A stretch of DNA of 64,000 nt from assembly GCA_050173015.1 (NCBI GenBank), contig JBFXLE010000006.1, positions 32,001-96,000 of the forward strand. The letters run 5' to 3'. Both the position numbers and the translations under genes were made by a program. The notes beneath the pieces were generated by a model. That model was not told the origin of the DNA. It saw only the letters and a list, made by a program, of their open reading frames with translations, and made no database searches. Each line of letters starts with the position of its first letter. The first letter of the stretch is position 1. Positions 9,231-18,532 of this stretch are shown piece after piece. The stretch comes from Calditrichaceae bacterium. Its GTDB lineage: Bacteria; Calditrichota; Calditrichia; Calditrichales; JBFXGD01.

Positions 9231-10223
9231 ATGAGATCAGGCTCTAAAACGTTTCTGCTTATAATCTTTATATTCGCGATTCTGACGTTATTGCTTTCGC
9301 CGTTGATCGGAAGCAGTCCGGTTAATTTTTTGGAAGCCTTTAAGGATCCGTCCTCTGTGAGCGCGCGTATCCTAATGTCGATACGGATGCCGAGAATCGC
9401 GTTTGCTTTTCTGGTGGGCGCGGGGTTGTCCATTGTGGGCGCTGTTTTTCAGGCTCTTCTTCGTAATGATCTGGCGACACCATACACACTTGGTGTATCG
9501 AGCGGCGGAGCATTCGGCGCGGTTGTCGCCATTAAAAGCGGAATCATTTTCAATATCTTTATATTTTCATCCGTTGGTCTTTTTTCAATTGCCGGCAGTC
9601 TTCTCAGTATTTTGATTATTTACCTGATTGCCAGCGGAGACAGGGAATTATCTACTTACACCCTTATTCTCGCCGGGGTTACCATAAGTTTGTTTTTCTC
9701 GGCATTTACGCTTTTTATACACTATATTGCCGATTTTACGGAAACCTACCGGATGGTGCACTGGCTGATGGGGGCTTTGGATGTGACGGACTGGAATTAT
9801 CCTCTGGCAATTTTAATTGTTCTGACGATTGTGTTTGGATATGCATATGTAAACCGTCGCGCTTTTAATCTGATCCTGGCGGGGAATGAGCTGGCTCTCA
9901 GCAAAGGCGTTCAGGTCGATCGACTACAAAAATGGAGTTTTTTTCTTGCGTCGATCCTTGTGGGGATTATTGTATCGATCGCCGGACCGATCGGGTTTGT
10001 GGGATTAATCATTCCTCATGTCCTGAGGCTTTTGACCGGGCCGGATCACCGTACATTGTTTCCGGGAACGATACTTCTTGGCGGCAGTTTTCTGGTATGG
10101 TGCGATACGCTGGCGCGGACGATTATCGCTCCGGCTGAACTGCCTGTGGGAATAATCACTTCCATACTGGGCGGGCCGTTCTTTATTTATCTGCTGATTC
10201 GTAAGAAATCAGAAAGAGTTTAA
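9231..10223 (+). CDS. btuC: FecCD/BtuC-family ABC permease (probable cobalamin permease)
   Basis: IRMPR, FQALLRNDLATPYTLGVSSG, GPIGFVGLIIPH, ELPVGIIT; ATG at 9231 preferred over TTG at 9213; substrate inferred from btu genes at 33.9-42.5 kb. Confidence 0.75.
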   Translation: MRSGSKTFLLIIFIFAILTLLLSPLIGSSPVNFLEAFKDPSSVSARILMSIRMPRIAFAFLVGAGLSIVGAVFQALLRNDLATPYTLGVSSGGAFGAVVAIKSGIIFNIFIFSSVGLFSIAGSLLSILIIYLIASGDRELSTYTLILAGVTISLFFSAFTLFIHYIADFTETYRMVHWLMGALDVTDWNYPLAILIVLTIVFGYAYVNRRAFNLILAGNELALSKGVQVDRLQKWSFFLASILVGIIVSIAGPIGFVGLIIPHVLRLLTGPDHRTLFPGTILLGGSFLVWCDTLARTIIAPAELPVGIITSILGGPFFIYLLIRKKSERV

Positions 10224-10430
10224 GAGCGAAGATAAGAGAAAAAAGATCTAAGAAAAGAACATCCGGGAAACGGGCAGAAGTTCCGGCCATAAATCATCTT
10301 CCAACTGATTCAATACAGAATACAAGCTCTTCTCTCTTTTCTCTTAACTCTTAACTCTTAACTCTTTTCTCTTAACGCTCTTTAATTCTTACTTCCTACT
10401 TCCTACTTTCCACTTTTCTTCTTCTCCCTA
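10204..10430. repeat. Inverted heptamer tracts (TAAGAG-type purine tract versus CTCTTAA/CTACTTC pyrimidine tract)
   Basis: Purine tract 10204-10259 is imperfectly complementary to 10327-10390; (CTCTTAA)n and (CTACTTC)n arrays are visible. Confidence 0.8.
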
Positions 10431-10515
10431 CTTTTTGAATGGCCAAAAAGTAGCAAAAAGCCCTTGCGAATTTTAACTCGTGTTTCATTTATCTATTTTT
10501 AAATTTATTGCACTC

Positions 10516-10745
10516 GAACAGAAAATTCACCCCAAAGAATCTTTATTTTTCATCCTTCCAGGGTAGCCAAAGATGCCTGCGGCATGACATACGGGTAGAT
10601 TAACCGGATTCACCGCGGTTAACTATGACATCGCCTGCCCGGATTCGGCCGCCCCTACTCTTAACTCTTTTCTCTTTTTTCTTTTATCTTTTATCTTTTT
10701 TCTTACTTCTCACTTCCTACTTCTCACTTCTTACTTCCTACTTCT
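10516..10745. repeat. ~200-bp direct repeat, copy 1
   Basis: GAACAGAAAATTC...CATCCTTCCAGGGTAGCCAAAGATGCCTGCGGCATGACATACGGGTAGATTAACCGG...GCCGCCCCTACTCTTAAC plus heptamer tail. Confidence 0.93.
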
Positions 10746-10832
10746 TCTAACCCACCCCGGGCCTGATAAATCATGCCCTTCCCATCCCTTATGCATGAGG
10801 GAGGGGATCGAGGGGAGGGTCAGTATCCTGCT

Positions 10833-11040
10833 GAACAGAAAATTCGCCCCAAAGAATCTTTTTTTTACATCCTTCCAGGGTAGCCAAAGATGCCTGCGGC
10901 ATGACATACGGGTAGATTAACCGGTTTCATCGCGAATGCCTATGACATCGCCTGCCCGGATTCGGCCGCCCCTACTCTTAACTCTTTTCTCTTTTTTCTT
11001 TTATCTTTTTTCTTACTTCTTACTTCTTACTTCTTACTTC
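10833..11040. repeat. ~200-bp direct repeat, copy 2
   Basis: Near-identical to 10516-10745; differences cluster at 10925-10940; ends in (CTTACTT)n, which overlaps the stop of the next gene. Confidence 0.93.
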
Positions 11041-11932
11041 CCTCTTCCCCGCAATAGTCAAATTTATACAGTTCCCCGTCCTTGTCTTCGAGGTAATAGA
11101 GCCGGCAGTCAGTCGATGCGGCAAATTTTTCACTCGTCATATTAAGATGACCTAAACCATTCGCATTATCATTCACCACATAAATCTCTGCTTTTGTATA
11201 TGGATAACTGTAAATTCCGGAGATTTTTCGGGCCATTTTGAGTAAGTCCGGGTCTTTTGTATTTTCCGGAACGGCGATATTTAACAAAACCTGGTATGGT
11301 TTTGGTGTTTTTAGAGAAACCAGCCAGCCGTAATCCAGAACGGGAACGGGGATTTCATTATCGCCGATCGCCGGAAGATGCGCTTTTGTGAATAGTTCCT
11401 GTGTGGCAGGTTTCATCACCCTTATTTCTATGTCACCCTGATACACCACTTCCTGATATGCTTCTCCAATATTTCGGGCCTGGGCTTTCGCGCTGCTTTC
11501 TGATATGTAATATTTTTCGGGCAGGATCAGATAAATGGTGCGGTACAATTCCGTTTTGTCAAAGTATAATTCACTCTGAAACGCAGGAAGAGTACTGTCC
11601 GCAAAGGCTGCCGCCATGCGGGTGTGACTCAGTGAGCGCGGTCCGATAAGATCACTTCGAATCCAGCCGTGAATATGATTTTCTGTGGATATTTCATACC
11701 ATCCGTGGACATTTCGGTGAATCCTTACTTCATCACCGTCATTTAGTGTGTTCACCACTTCAGATCGTGTATTGCCCTGCGCGCGCAGATTTACTTTTTC
11801 TTTTAGAACATATCCGGTTCTTAAAGAACCCGCGGCTGAGCTTTTATCCCCGGGTAATTCTTTTCGGACAGGCTGGGGGCTGCAGGCGATCATCGCATAC
11901 AGTAATACAATTACGGTTATTAATCTATACAT
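11027..11932 (-). CDS. Lipoprotein with bacterial SH3 domain
   Basis: Signal peptide with lipobox MIAC; VNLRAQG...GWYEI...GWI SH3b pattern. Confidence 0.75.
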   Translation of the reverse strand: MYRLITVIVLLYAMIACSPQPVRKELPGDKSSAAGSLRTGYVLKEKVNLRAQGNTRSEVVNTLNDGDEVRIHRNVHGWYEISTENHIHGWIRSDLIGPRSLSHTRMAAAFADSTLPAFQSELYFDKTELYRTIYLILPEKYYISESSAKAQARNIGEAYQEVVYQGDIEIRVMKPATQELFTKAHLPAIGDNEIPVPVLDYGWLVSLKTPKPYQVLLNIAVPENTKDPDLLKMARKISGIYSYPYTKAEIYVVNDNANGLGHLNMTSEKFAASTDCRLYYLEDKDGELYKFDYCGEEGSKK

Positions 11933-12019
11933 TGGTAACTCCGGAAAATATCATAAATATTGATTTAAAGTTGGCAAAATTAAGCAATCAGAGGGCATTT
12001 TACAAATTTTATAAGACGC

Positions 12020-12937
12020 TCAGAACAGGTCTTCCATATATTGATAATCCATAAGCGCATTGGCGACAGTCGGGCTTTCAGGAAGGATGTATCGTGAGAT
12101 CCGTTCCCTAACGCCATCCGGAATCTCCGTTCTGGATAATACGAAACAGGTTATTTTACCGGAAGCGGTACTGGTTGAAATATCGAATTTTAATAACAAT
12201 TTATGATAAATTTCCTCACTAAAGGACCTGTTTGGATTGATAATATCTTTGATGAAAAAACCATATTCTCCTGACAATCTTAAAAAATGACGGGTAATAT
12301 ATCCATAGTGTGTGCAGCCCAAAAATATACTGATAGCCGATTCGGGCCGCGTCTGGGAATGTATCTTCGTGTATAGTTGATGAATGATCGAATCAATTCG
12401 TTGACCCTCGGCGTCATTTTCGATTTCGGAGGCGAGCGTTCCCGCCGAAATCGGGTATATTTTCTCCGAAGGGTGATTATAAATTCCAGAATCTATCGTT
12501 GTGGGAGCGGCTGGCACGTAGACCGGGATACCGGGATATTCCTCAAGATATTTATCCACGATCCGCCTACCCGTCGCGCTGATCCTGTAAACATGAGGAG
12601 GATTTGTTTGAGAATAAGCCGTATGAGGATAAATCGCCGACAAAGTGTTGCAGGCGATGGCGGTGAGGGCGGGAGAGAATCGCTTCTCCACAGCTTGAAG
12701 AACACGGTCAAATGCCCCTGCTTTCTGCTTCATACCGGTCATTTTATTATATCCGGTATCGTCAGCATAGAGCGCGTTTACAAAAAGCAGGTTTATATCA
12801 GGCAGATAACGGGAAGATTTCTTGAGCAAATTGAAAAAATTGGCCATAACGGAGAGTCCTCCCAGGCCGGAATCAATAAATACAAGATTGATCGCATTTG
12901 ATTTCATAATCCGGACGTCGTTAAATCTACCGCTCAT
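12020..12937 (-). CDS. murI: Asp/Glu racemase family (glutamate racemase-like)
   Basis: DSGLGGLSV, IACNT, LGCTHY with both catalytic Cys; otherwise divergent. Confidence 0.65.
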   Translation of the reverse strand: MSGRFNDVRIMKSNAINLVFIDSGLGGLSVMANFFNLLKKSSRYLPDINLLFVNALYADDTGYNKMTGMKQKAGAFDRVLQAVEKRFSPALTAIACNTLSAIYPHTAYSQTNPPHVYRISATGRRIVDKYLEEYPGIPVYVPAAPTTIDSGIYNHPSEKIYPISAGTLASEIENDAEGQRIDSIIHQLYTKIHSQTRPESAISIFLGCTHYGYITRHFLRLSGEYGFFIKDIINPNRSFSEEIYHKLLLKFDISTSTASGKITCFVLSRTEIPDGVRERISRYILPESPTVANALMDYQYMEDLF

Positions 12938-12991
12938 AATGTAGCATGAAGCGGAATATCAATCAACAGAAGTTCAAAATGATAAAAATTT

Positions 12992-13312
12992 TCAGGATCC
13001 CCGCTGCGCCAGAAAATTTGAAATCGCCATTTCTTTTTCCGCCTCTTCAATCATATTTTTCTGAACATAAAGTCGGGAAAGAGCCGTATGCGCGAGGGGA
13101 TCATGCTTATTAATTTCGATCCATTTTTGTACCACAGGTATCGCTTCATCTACTTTTCCGGAGCGGTTATAACATTCCGCGAGCGCGCTGTAGGCGGATT
13201 CATATTTCTCGTCTATATTAATCGCCCGCCGGAAAAAATTAATAGCGGCGTCAAATTCCTGTTTTGCAAAATGCGCGAGACCGGCATTAAAACACTCTTG
13301 TTTTGTCAACAT
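12992..13312 (-). CDS. Small TPR protein
   Basis: TPR helices (AINFFRRAINIDEKYESAYSALA); start MLTKQ after GGAG. Confidence 0.75.
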   Translation of the reverse strand: MLTKQECFNAGLAHFAKQEFDAAINFFRRAINIDEKYESAYSALAECYNRSGKVDEAIPVVQKWIEINKHDPLAHTALSRLYVQKNMIEEAEKEMAISNFLAQRGS

Positions 13313-13529
13313 TTCTCCAATCGATTTATTATTTGTATGAGTAACGCAGGGAGGGGTATAAATATTTACAAAAATTAAAGATTGTTGTCTGTTCAGTCCT
13401 GAATTAATCAAAAAACTACGCTTTAATTTTTGATTTTATCAATGATTTGTTAAATTTGAGTCTCAATACGGATAAAGTTGCGAACAAAATTGATTTACAC
13501 GGTATAAATATCAAAAATGACGCGTTAAA

Positions 13530-14375
13530 ATGGTTAAATCGTCAGAAGTGAAAGACACAATCCTGGATATCGTTAAACGGGCGCTTGCCGAAGACATCGG
13601 TGACGGTGATGTAACATCAGCCTGCACTGTTCCGGAGAATACCCGCGCCGCCGGACGAATGATTGCAAAAGAAGCGGGTGTTGTTGCCGGTCTTGAAGTC
13701 GCGGGAACGGTTTTTGCCGCCGTAGATAAAATGATCAATTTTGTTCCTGTTATTCAGGACGGAGCGGTTGTGGCGAAGGGCGATTTGATTGCCCGTATCA
13801 ACGGGCCGGCGCGTTCGATACTTGAGGCGGAGAGGGTGGCGCTTAATTTTCTGCAGCGAATGTCGGGTATAGCGACCTTGACGAATAAATTTGTAAAAGC
13901 TGTTGAGGGCACCTCCGCGGTTATTCTTGATACGAGAAAGACCGCCCCTGGTCTGCGGTTGACTGATAAATGGGCGGTACGACTGGGAGGCGGACAGAAT
14001 CACCGTATCGGTTTGTATGATATGGTCATGATCAAAGATAATCATATCGCGGCTGTCGGGAGTATTACAAAAGCGGTCGCCCAGGTGAAAGAAAAGGATG
14101 AACGAAAACGATCCATAGAAGTGGAAGTTAAAAATCTTAAAGAACTAAGAGAAGCGCTTGGTCTGAAAATTGACCGGATTATGCTTGATAATATGTCATT
14201 GGAAGTGATGAAGCAAGCGGTAAAACTAACCGATGGCAGAATTCCGCTTGAAGCGTCCGGCAATGTCAACCCGGATACGGTTGCCGGGATTGCGGCCACA
14301 GGTGTGGATTACATTTCTGTCGGAATGCTGACCCACTCGGTCAAAGCGCTGGATATTAGTCTTTTATTGGATTAG
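13530..14375 (+). CDS. nadC: Nicotinate-nucleotide pyrophosphorylase (quinolinate phosphoribosyltransferase)
   Basis: EDIGDGDVT, LDTRKT, NHRIGLYD, IKDNH, MLDN, EASG. Confidence 0.97.
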   Translation: MVKSSEVKDTILDIVKRALAEDIGDGDVTSACTVPENTRAAGRMIAKEAGVVAGLEVAGTVFAAVDKMINFVPVIQDGAVVAKGDLIARINGPARSILEAERVALNFLQRMSGIATLTNKFVKAVEGTSAVILDTRKTAPGLRLTDKWAVRLGGGQNHRIGLYDMVMIKDNHIAAVGSITKAVAQVKEKDERKRSIEVEVKNLKELREALGLKIDRIMLDNMSLEVMKQAVKLTDGRIPLEASGNVNPDTVAGIAATGVDYISVGMLTHSVKALDISLLLD

Positions 14376-14396
14376 TCAATTTTTGGAGGAAAATCA

Positions 14397-15437
14397 ATGT
14401 CTGTTGATCAGATATATAATGAAATGAAAGAGCGGCTGTCAAAGGTCCTTCCGGATGGTGAGTTAAAATACAAAGCGCAATTGGTTTATGAGATAAACCG
14501 TCTGAAAAAAGAGAAAAACGCCGTAATCCTGGGACATAATTATATGGAGCCTGCTCTGTTTTATTTCGTCCCGGATATCAAGGGCGATTCACTTGAGCTC
14601 AGCCGAAAAGCGGCAGAAGTGAAGGAAGATACAATTGTATTCTGTGGCGTCCGTTTCATGGCCGAAACGGCGAAAATTCTGAGTCCCGAAAAAACGGTTT
14701 TGCTGCCGGCGAAAAAAGCGGGTTGTTCTCTGGCGGAGAGCATCACCGCGGAAGATGTCAGAAAACTGAAGCAGAAATTCCCCGGTGTTCCGGTTGTGAC
14801 CTATGTGAACAGTTACGCGGATGTTAAGGCGGAAAGCGATATTTGCTGTACTTCAGGGAACGCGGCGGCCGTAGTGGAGTCTCTCGGAACAGATACGGTT
14901 ATTTTTCTTCCGGACGAATATCTTGCAAAAAATGTTGCCAGGGACACCGGAAAGCATATCATTTTCCCGTCCGTTCTGCCTGGAGATAAAATCGGTGGTG
15001 AATCCGGGCTGGATTACCAGATGATCGGCTGGAAAGGGCGTTGTGAAGTGCACGAGAAATTCACGACGGAAGATATAGACACTGTCAGGAAACAATTTTC
15101 GGATGTGGTTATTCTAGCTCACCCTGAGTGCAGTCCGGAAGTCACCGGAGCGGCCGATTTCTCCGGAAGCACATCAGCTATGATTCGTTTTGTTAGGGAA
15201 TCATCCGCCCCGCATTATCTTCTGCTGACCGAATGTTCCATGGGGGATAATATCGCGGCGGCAAATCCGGACAAAGACATGCTTCGTTTGTGCAGTGTCC
15301 GCTGTCCTCATATGAATGAAATTACATTGGAAGATACTTTAGACTCTCTGAAATACAACCGGTATCAAATAGAAGTGCCGGAAGAAATCCGTGTGAAAGC
15401 CGCCCTGGCGGTTGAACGAATGATCCGGATCGGTTAA
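14397..15437 (+). CDS. nadA: Quinolinate synthase A
   Basis: GHNY, GDSLEL, FCGVRFMAE, GCSLA, YVNS, CEVH, AHPEC, CPHM. Confidence 0.97.
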   Translation: MSVDQIYNEMKERLSKVLPDGELKYKAQLVYEINRLKKEKNAVILGHNYMEPALFYFVPDIKGDSLELSRKAAEVKEDTIVFCGVRFMAETAKILSPEKTVLLPAKKAGCSLAESITAEDVRKLKQKFPGVPVVTYVNSYADVKAESDICCTSGNAAAVVESLGTDTVIFLPDEYLAKNVARDTGKHIIFPSVLPGDKIGGESGLDYQMIGWKGRCEVHEKFTTEDIDTVRKQFSDVVILAHPECSPEVTGAADFSGSTSAMIRFVRESSAPHYLLLTECSMGDNIAAANPDKDMLRLCSVRCPHMNEITLEDTLDSLKYNRYQIEVPEEIRVKAALAVERMIRIG

Positions 15438-15450
15438 GGAAAATCAATTT

Positions 15451-17019
15451 ATGAGTATTTGCTATGAATCGGAAGTTCTGGTTATCGGAAGCGGCATAGC
15501 GGGAAGTATCGCTGCCCTTGAATTAGCTGAAAAAGGTGTCGAAGTCGTCCTGGTCACGAGGGCATCGGAGCCATCTGACTCTAATACTTACTACGCGCAG
15601 GGCGGTATCGTTTACCGCGGCATAAATGACACGCCCGATTCATTAATCAGGGACATTAATAATGCCGGCGGTAATCACTGCAATCCGCGGGCGGTCACGA
15701 TTCTGGCAAAAGATGGCCCGGAGCTCGTGCGGCAGCTTCTGATGGAGAAATACGGCGTTGAGTTTGATAAAACAGATAAAGGTGAATTATCTCTGGTGAA
15801 TGAAGGTGGACATTCGGTCGCGCGGATCGTTCACGCCAGTGACGCCACCGGAAAAGTCATCGAAATAGCTCTGGCGAATGCCGTCAAAGATCACCCTAAA
15901 ATAAAACTGCTCACCAGGCATACGGCGGTGGATCTGCTGACGCCTCACCATCATTCAATAGACAGTCTCGCCGTGTATGAACCGCGATCCTGTATCGGCG
16001 CATACGTGCTTGAGCAGGATTCAGGCCGGGTTGTACGTTGCATGGCTAAAAAAACCATTGTCGCGACCGGCGGACTCGGGCAGATATACCTTAGAACCAC
16101 CAATCCGGCCGGGGCGCGCGGTGACGGGGTTGCCATGGCATACCGGAGCGGAGCAAGAGTTATAAACAGCGAATTTATACAGTTTCACCCCACCACATTT
16201 TTTCACCGAAACGCGCCCTTGTATCTGATTTCTGAAGCTGTCCGCGGCGCGGGAGCGCGTCTTGTAAATGCTGATGGTAAGCCGTTCATGCAGAAGTATG
16301 AACCAAAATGGAAGGATTTGGCGCCCAGGGATCTTGTCGCGCGCAGTATTCACCAGGAAATGCTTCTGCAGGGAGTACCGAATGTATATCTTGACCTGGC
16401 ATCCTATCTGCCGCCCGCAAAAATAAAAAAAGAATTTCCGAATATTTATAAGAATTGTATTGAATATGGTGTGGATATATCCAAAGACCTTGTACCGGTT
16501 GTTCCGGCTGCCCATTACGCATGCGGTGGTATATGGGTGGATGAGTGGGGGCTGACTACAATTGATAACTGTTATGCGGTAGGTGAGATCGCATGCACAG
16601 GTGTCCACGGAGCGAACCGTCTGGCCAGTACTTCTCTCTTGGAAGGTCTCGTGTGGGGTAAACGCGCGGCCGATCATATCAGTCAAAATCTGAAAAACAC
16701 ACCATCGCCTGATCCATTGAATATTCCGGCCTGGCAGGATGCCGGTCTTGAAGTTCCGGATCCCGCTTTGATAAGTCAGGATCTCTCATATATTAAAAAC
16801 ATCATGTGGAATTATGTAGGTCTGATAAGAACCACAAAGCGTCTGGAAAGAGCGCTGCGCGACCTGCGCGATCTTGAAAACGAAATCGAAGAATTTTATC
16901 GTGTCACACGTGTGACGGACAGCCTTATCGGTCTTCGCAACGTAGTGCGTACCGCAATTATTGTCACTTCAGCCGCCTGGGAGAACAAACGGAGCGTCGG
17001 TTGTCATTATCGTGAATAA
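15451..17019 (+). CDS. nadB: L-aspartate oxidase
   Basis: GSGIAG, AQGG, EGGHS, QFHPT, SEAVRG, LAPRD, HGANRLAS. Confidence 0.96.
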   Translation: MSICYESEVLVIGSGIAGSIAALELAEKGVEVVLVTRASEPSDSNTYYAQGGIVYRGINDTPDSLIRDINNAGGNHCNPRAVTILAKDGPELVRQLLMEKYGVEFDKTDKGELSLVNEGGHSVARIVHASDATGKVIEIALANAVKDHPKIKLLTRHTAVDLLTPHHHSIDSLAVYEPRSCIGAYVLEQDSGRVVRCMAKKTIVATGGLGQIYLRTTNPAGARGDGVAMAYRSGARVINSEFIQFHPTTFFHRNAPLYLISEAVRGAGARLVNADGKPFMQKYEPKWKDLAPRDLVARSIHQEMLLQGVPNVYLDLASYLPPAKIKKEFPNIYKNCIEYGVDISKDLVPVVPAAHYACGGIWVDEWGLTTIDNCYAVGEIACTGVHGANRLASTSLLEGLVWGKRAADHISQNLKNTPSPDPLNIPAWQDAGLEVPDPALISQDLSYIKNIMWNYVGLIRTTKRLERALRDLRDLENEIEEFYRVTRVTDSLIGLRNVVRTAIIVTSAAWENKRSVGCHYRE

Positions 17020-17048
17020 CCTGTTTGAAATCACACTATAAAAAGAGT

Positions 17049-17561
17049 TTAGTTCACACGCGAAGCCACTGCGAGATAGAGTGAATCTCCCTGTGTATAA
17101 CTCATAAGCTCTTTTTGCTCACCCTGAAAAAATGCCTGTAGTTTACCAAAATCAGGCTGATAGCTGTTCTTAATCCAGCTGATGCCATAAGCGGCCCAAC
17201 GGTTGGCATCCATGCGGGCGGCTCTCTGTACCAGACTTCGCGTAATTGGGGCTCCTGTTTCGGGATGTGTAAGTCTGGCTACACCGATGGTAATAATGCT
17301 GTTATTGTTCGCAAAATACGCCTGACGTATAAATTCTTCTCTGAGCTCCGCATCCGCAGAATGCGCCATAATTTGTTGTTGAAGCTCCGATAGCTGATCA
17401 AACTGTATATCAGCCAGATCGGGTGGTGTAAAAAACGCTTCTGATTGCGCCCCGGCATTTGCCTGCTCTTCAATCATTTCCTGTTCGACTTTTTTTTCGC
17501 TTTTACATGTGACCAGGAAGGATAAAATCAGCATTGAAACGATTAGATAAAGCCACTTCAT
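17049..17561 (-). CDS. Hypothetical lipoprotein
   Basis: Signal peptide with lipobox LVTC; AGGA RBS. Confidence 0.65.
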   Translation of the reverse strand: MKWLYLIVSMLILSFLVTCKSEKKVEQEMIEEQANAGAQSEAFFTPPDLADIQFDQLSELQQQIMAHSADAELREEFIRQAYFANNNSIITIGVARLTHPETGAPITRSLVQRAARMDANRWAAYGISWIKNSYQPDFGKLQAFFQGEQKELMSYTQGDSLYLAVASRVN

Positions 17562-17774
17562 GGTATGTTTCCTTTCTCATCCGGTGTATGTTATGGATGC
17601 CATGTGAATCAGGTCATATGTTTGATTTTAGATATGCCGGAATTAAATAGCAAGAAGTAAAGAATTTTTGCCTGTGATCCGCGGATTGATTGTCAATATT
17701 TATAATTACTGGTTTTAGGGAATGCATGAATATTAATTATAAGTATATCACAACAGGGATAATAAAAGTTTTAG

Positions 17775-17803
17775 TTGTAATATTTATTAGAAATAACTAA
17801 ATT
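17775..17803 (+). promoter_or_regulatory. Sigma70-type promoter upstream of argR
   Basis: TTGTAA-N17-TAAATT. Confidence 0.45.
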
Positions 17804-17911
17804 TAATTACTTTTATTTGCTTCAAGATTGTTTTCAAAAAAGTTAAAAAAATCTGTCCGGTGTAACCGGATAAATATATTAGTGATAATAAATAAAACCG
17901 GGTACACGCGA

Positions 17912-18355
17912 ATGTCAAATAAAAACTTACGTCAGGCAAAAATTAAAGAAATAATTTCCACGCGGGACATATCAAGCCAGGAAGAATTAGGCGATGAATT
18001 AAAAAGACAGGGCCATGAAACAACCCAGGCAACGCTTTCGAGAGATCTGCATGAAATAGGTATTGTAAGGGTACCCTCCGAGAGAGGGTTTAAATACGTA
18101 TTTCATCAGGAAGATACTGCTCATAATTTGAGACAGCTCATCGGAATGGAGATCGTCAATATCTTGTTTAATGAATCAACGGTAGTGATAAAAACCATGC
18201 CGGGCAGGGCGCAGGGGGTAGCCATATACCTTGACAGAATAAAAGACAGCCATATTATTGGTACGGTAGCGGGAGACGACTCTATCGTAATTATCCCTGA
18301 TTCACATAATAATATTCCTATTCTTTTGCAAAAAGTAAGGGCGATTATGGAGTAA
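17912..18355 (+). CDS. argR: Arginine repressor
   Basis: SQEEL, TQATLSRDL, GTVAGDD; start MSNK at 17912. Confidence 0.95.
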   Translation: MSNKNLRQAKIKEIISTRDISSQEELGDELKRQGHETTQATLSRDLHEIGIVRVPSERGFKYVFHQEDTAHNLRQLIGMEIVNILFNESTVVIKTMPGRAQGVAIYLDRIKDSHIIGTVAGDDSIVIIPDSHNNIPILLQKVRAIME

Positions 18356-18452
18356 TCCGGGCCAGATTACCCCGGCAAAATCAATAACGGCCGATAGAAA
18401 CAAGTTTAAACCGGATTCTGCATTCCCCATACCTCTTGTGAAATCGTTCAAT

Positions 18453-18481
18453 TTGCTTAACTATTTATTATTTTCTAAATT
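18453..18481 (+). promoter_or_regulatory. Sigma70-type promoter
   Basis: TTGCTT-N17-TAAATT about 50 nt before the radical SAM gene. Confidence 0.5.
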
Positions 18482-18532
18482 AGCCTGTTTTTAATTAAGG
18501 TGTATTAAGGCCCGTTTACGGAACAGAGTATA

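Noticed and set aside
10224..11040. CRISPR array
   Set aside because: Only two long copies plus heptamer tracts; no regular 25-45 bp repeats with unique spacers and no cas genes
10936..11145. 69-aa hydrophobic ORF (also 28641..28832)
   Set aside because: The LLTSYF-type sequence is just the translated heptamer tract
17721..17738. ARG box upstream of argR
   Set aside because: AATGCATGAATATTAATT is only a partial match in very AT-rich DNA, with no clear tandem partner
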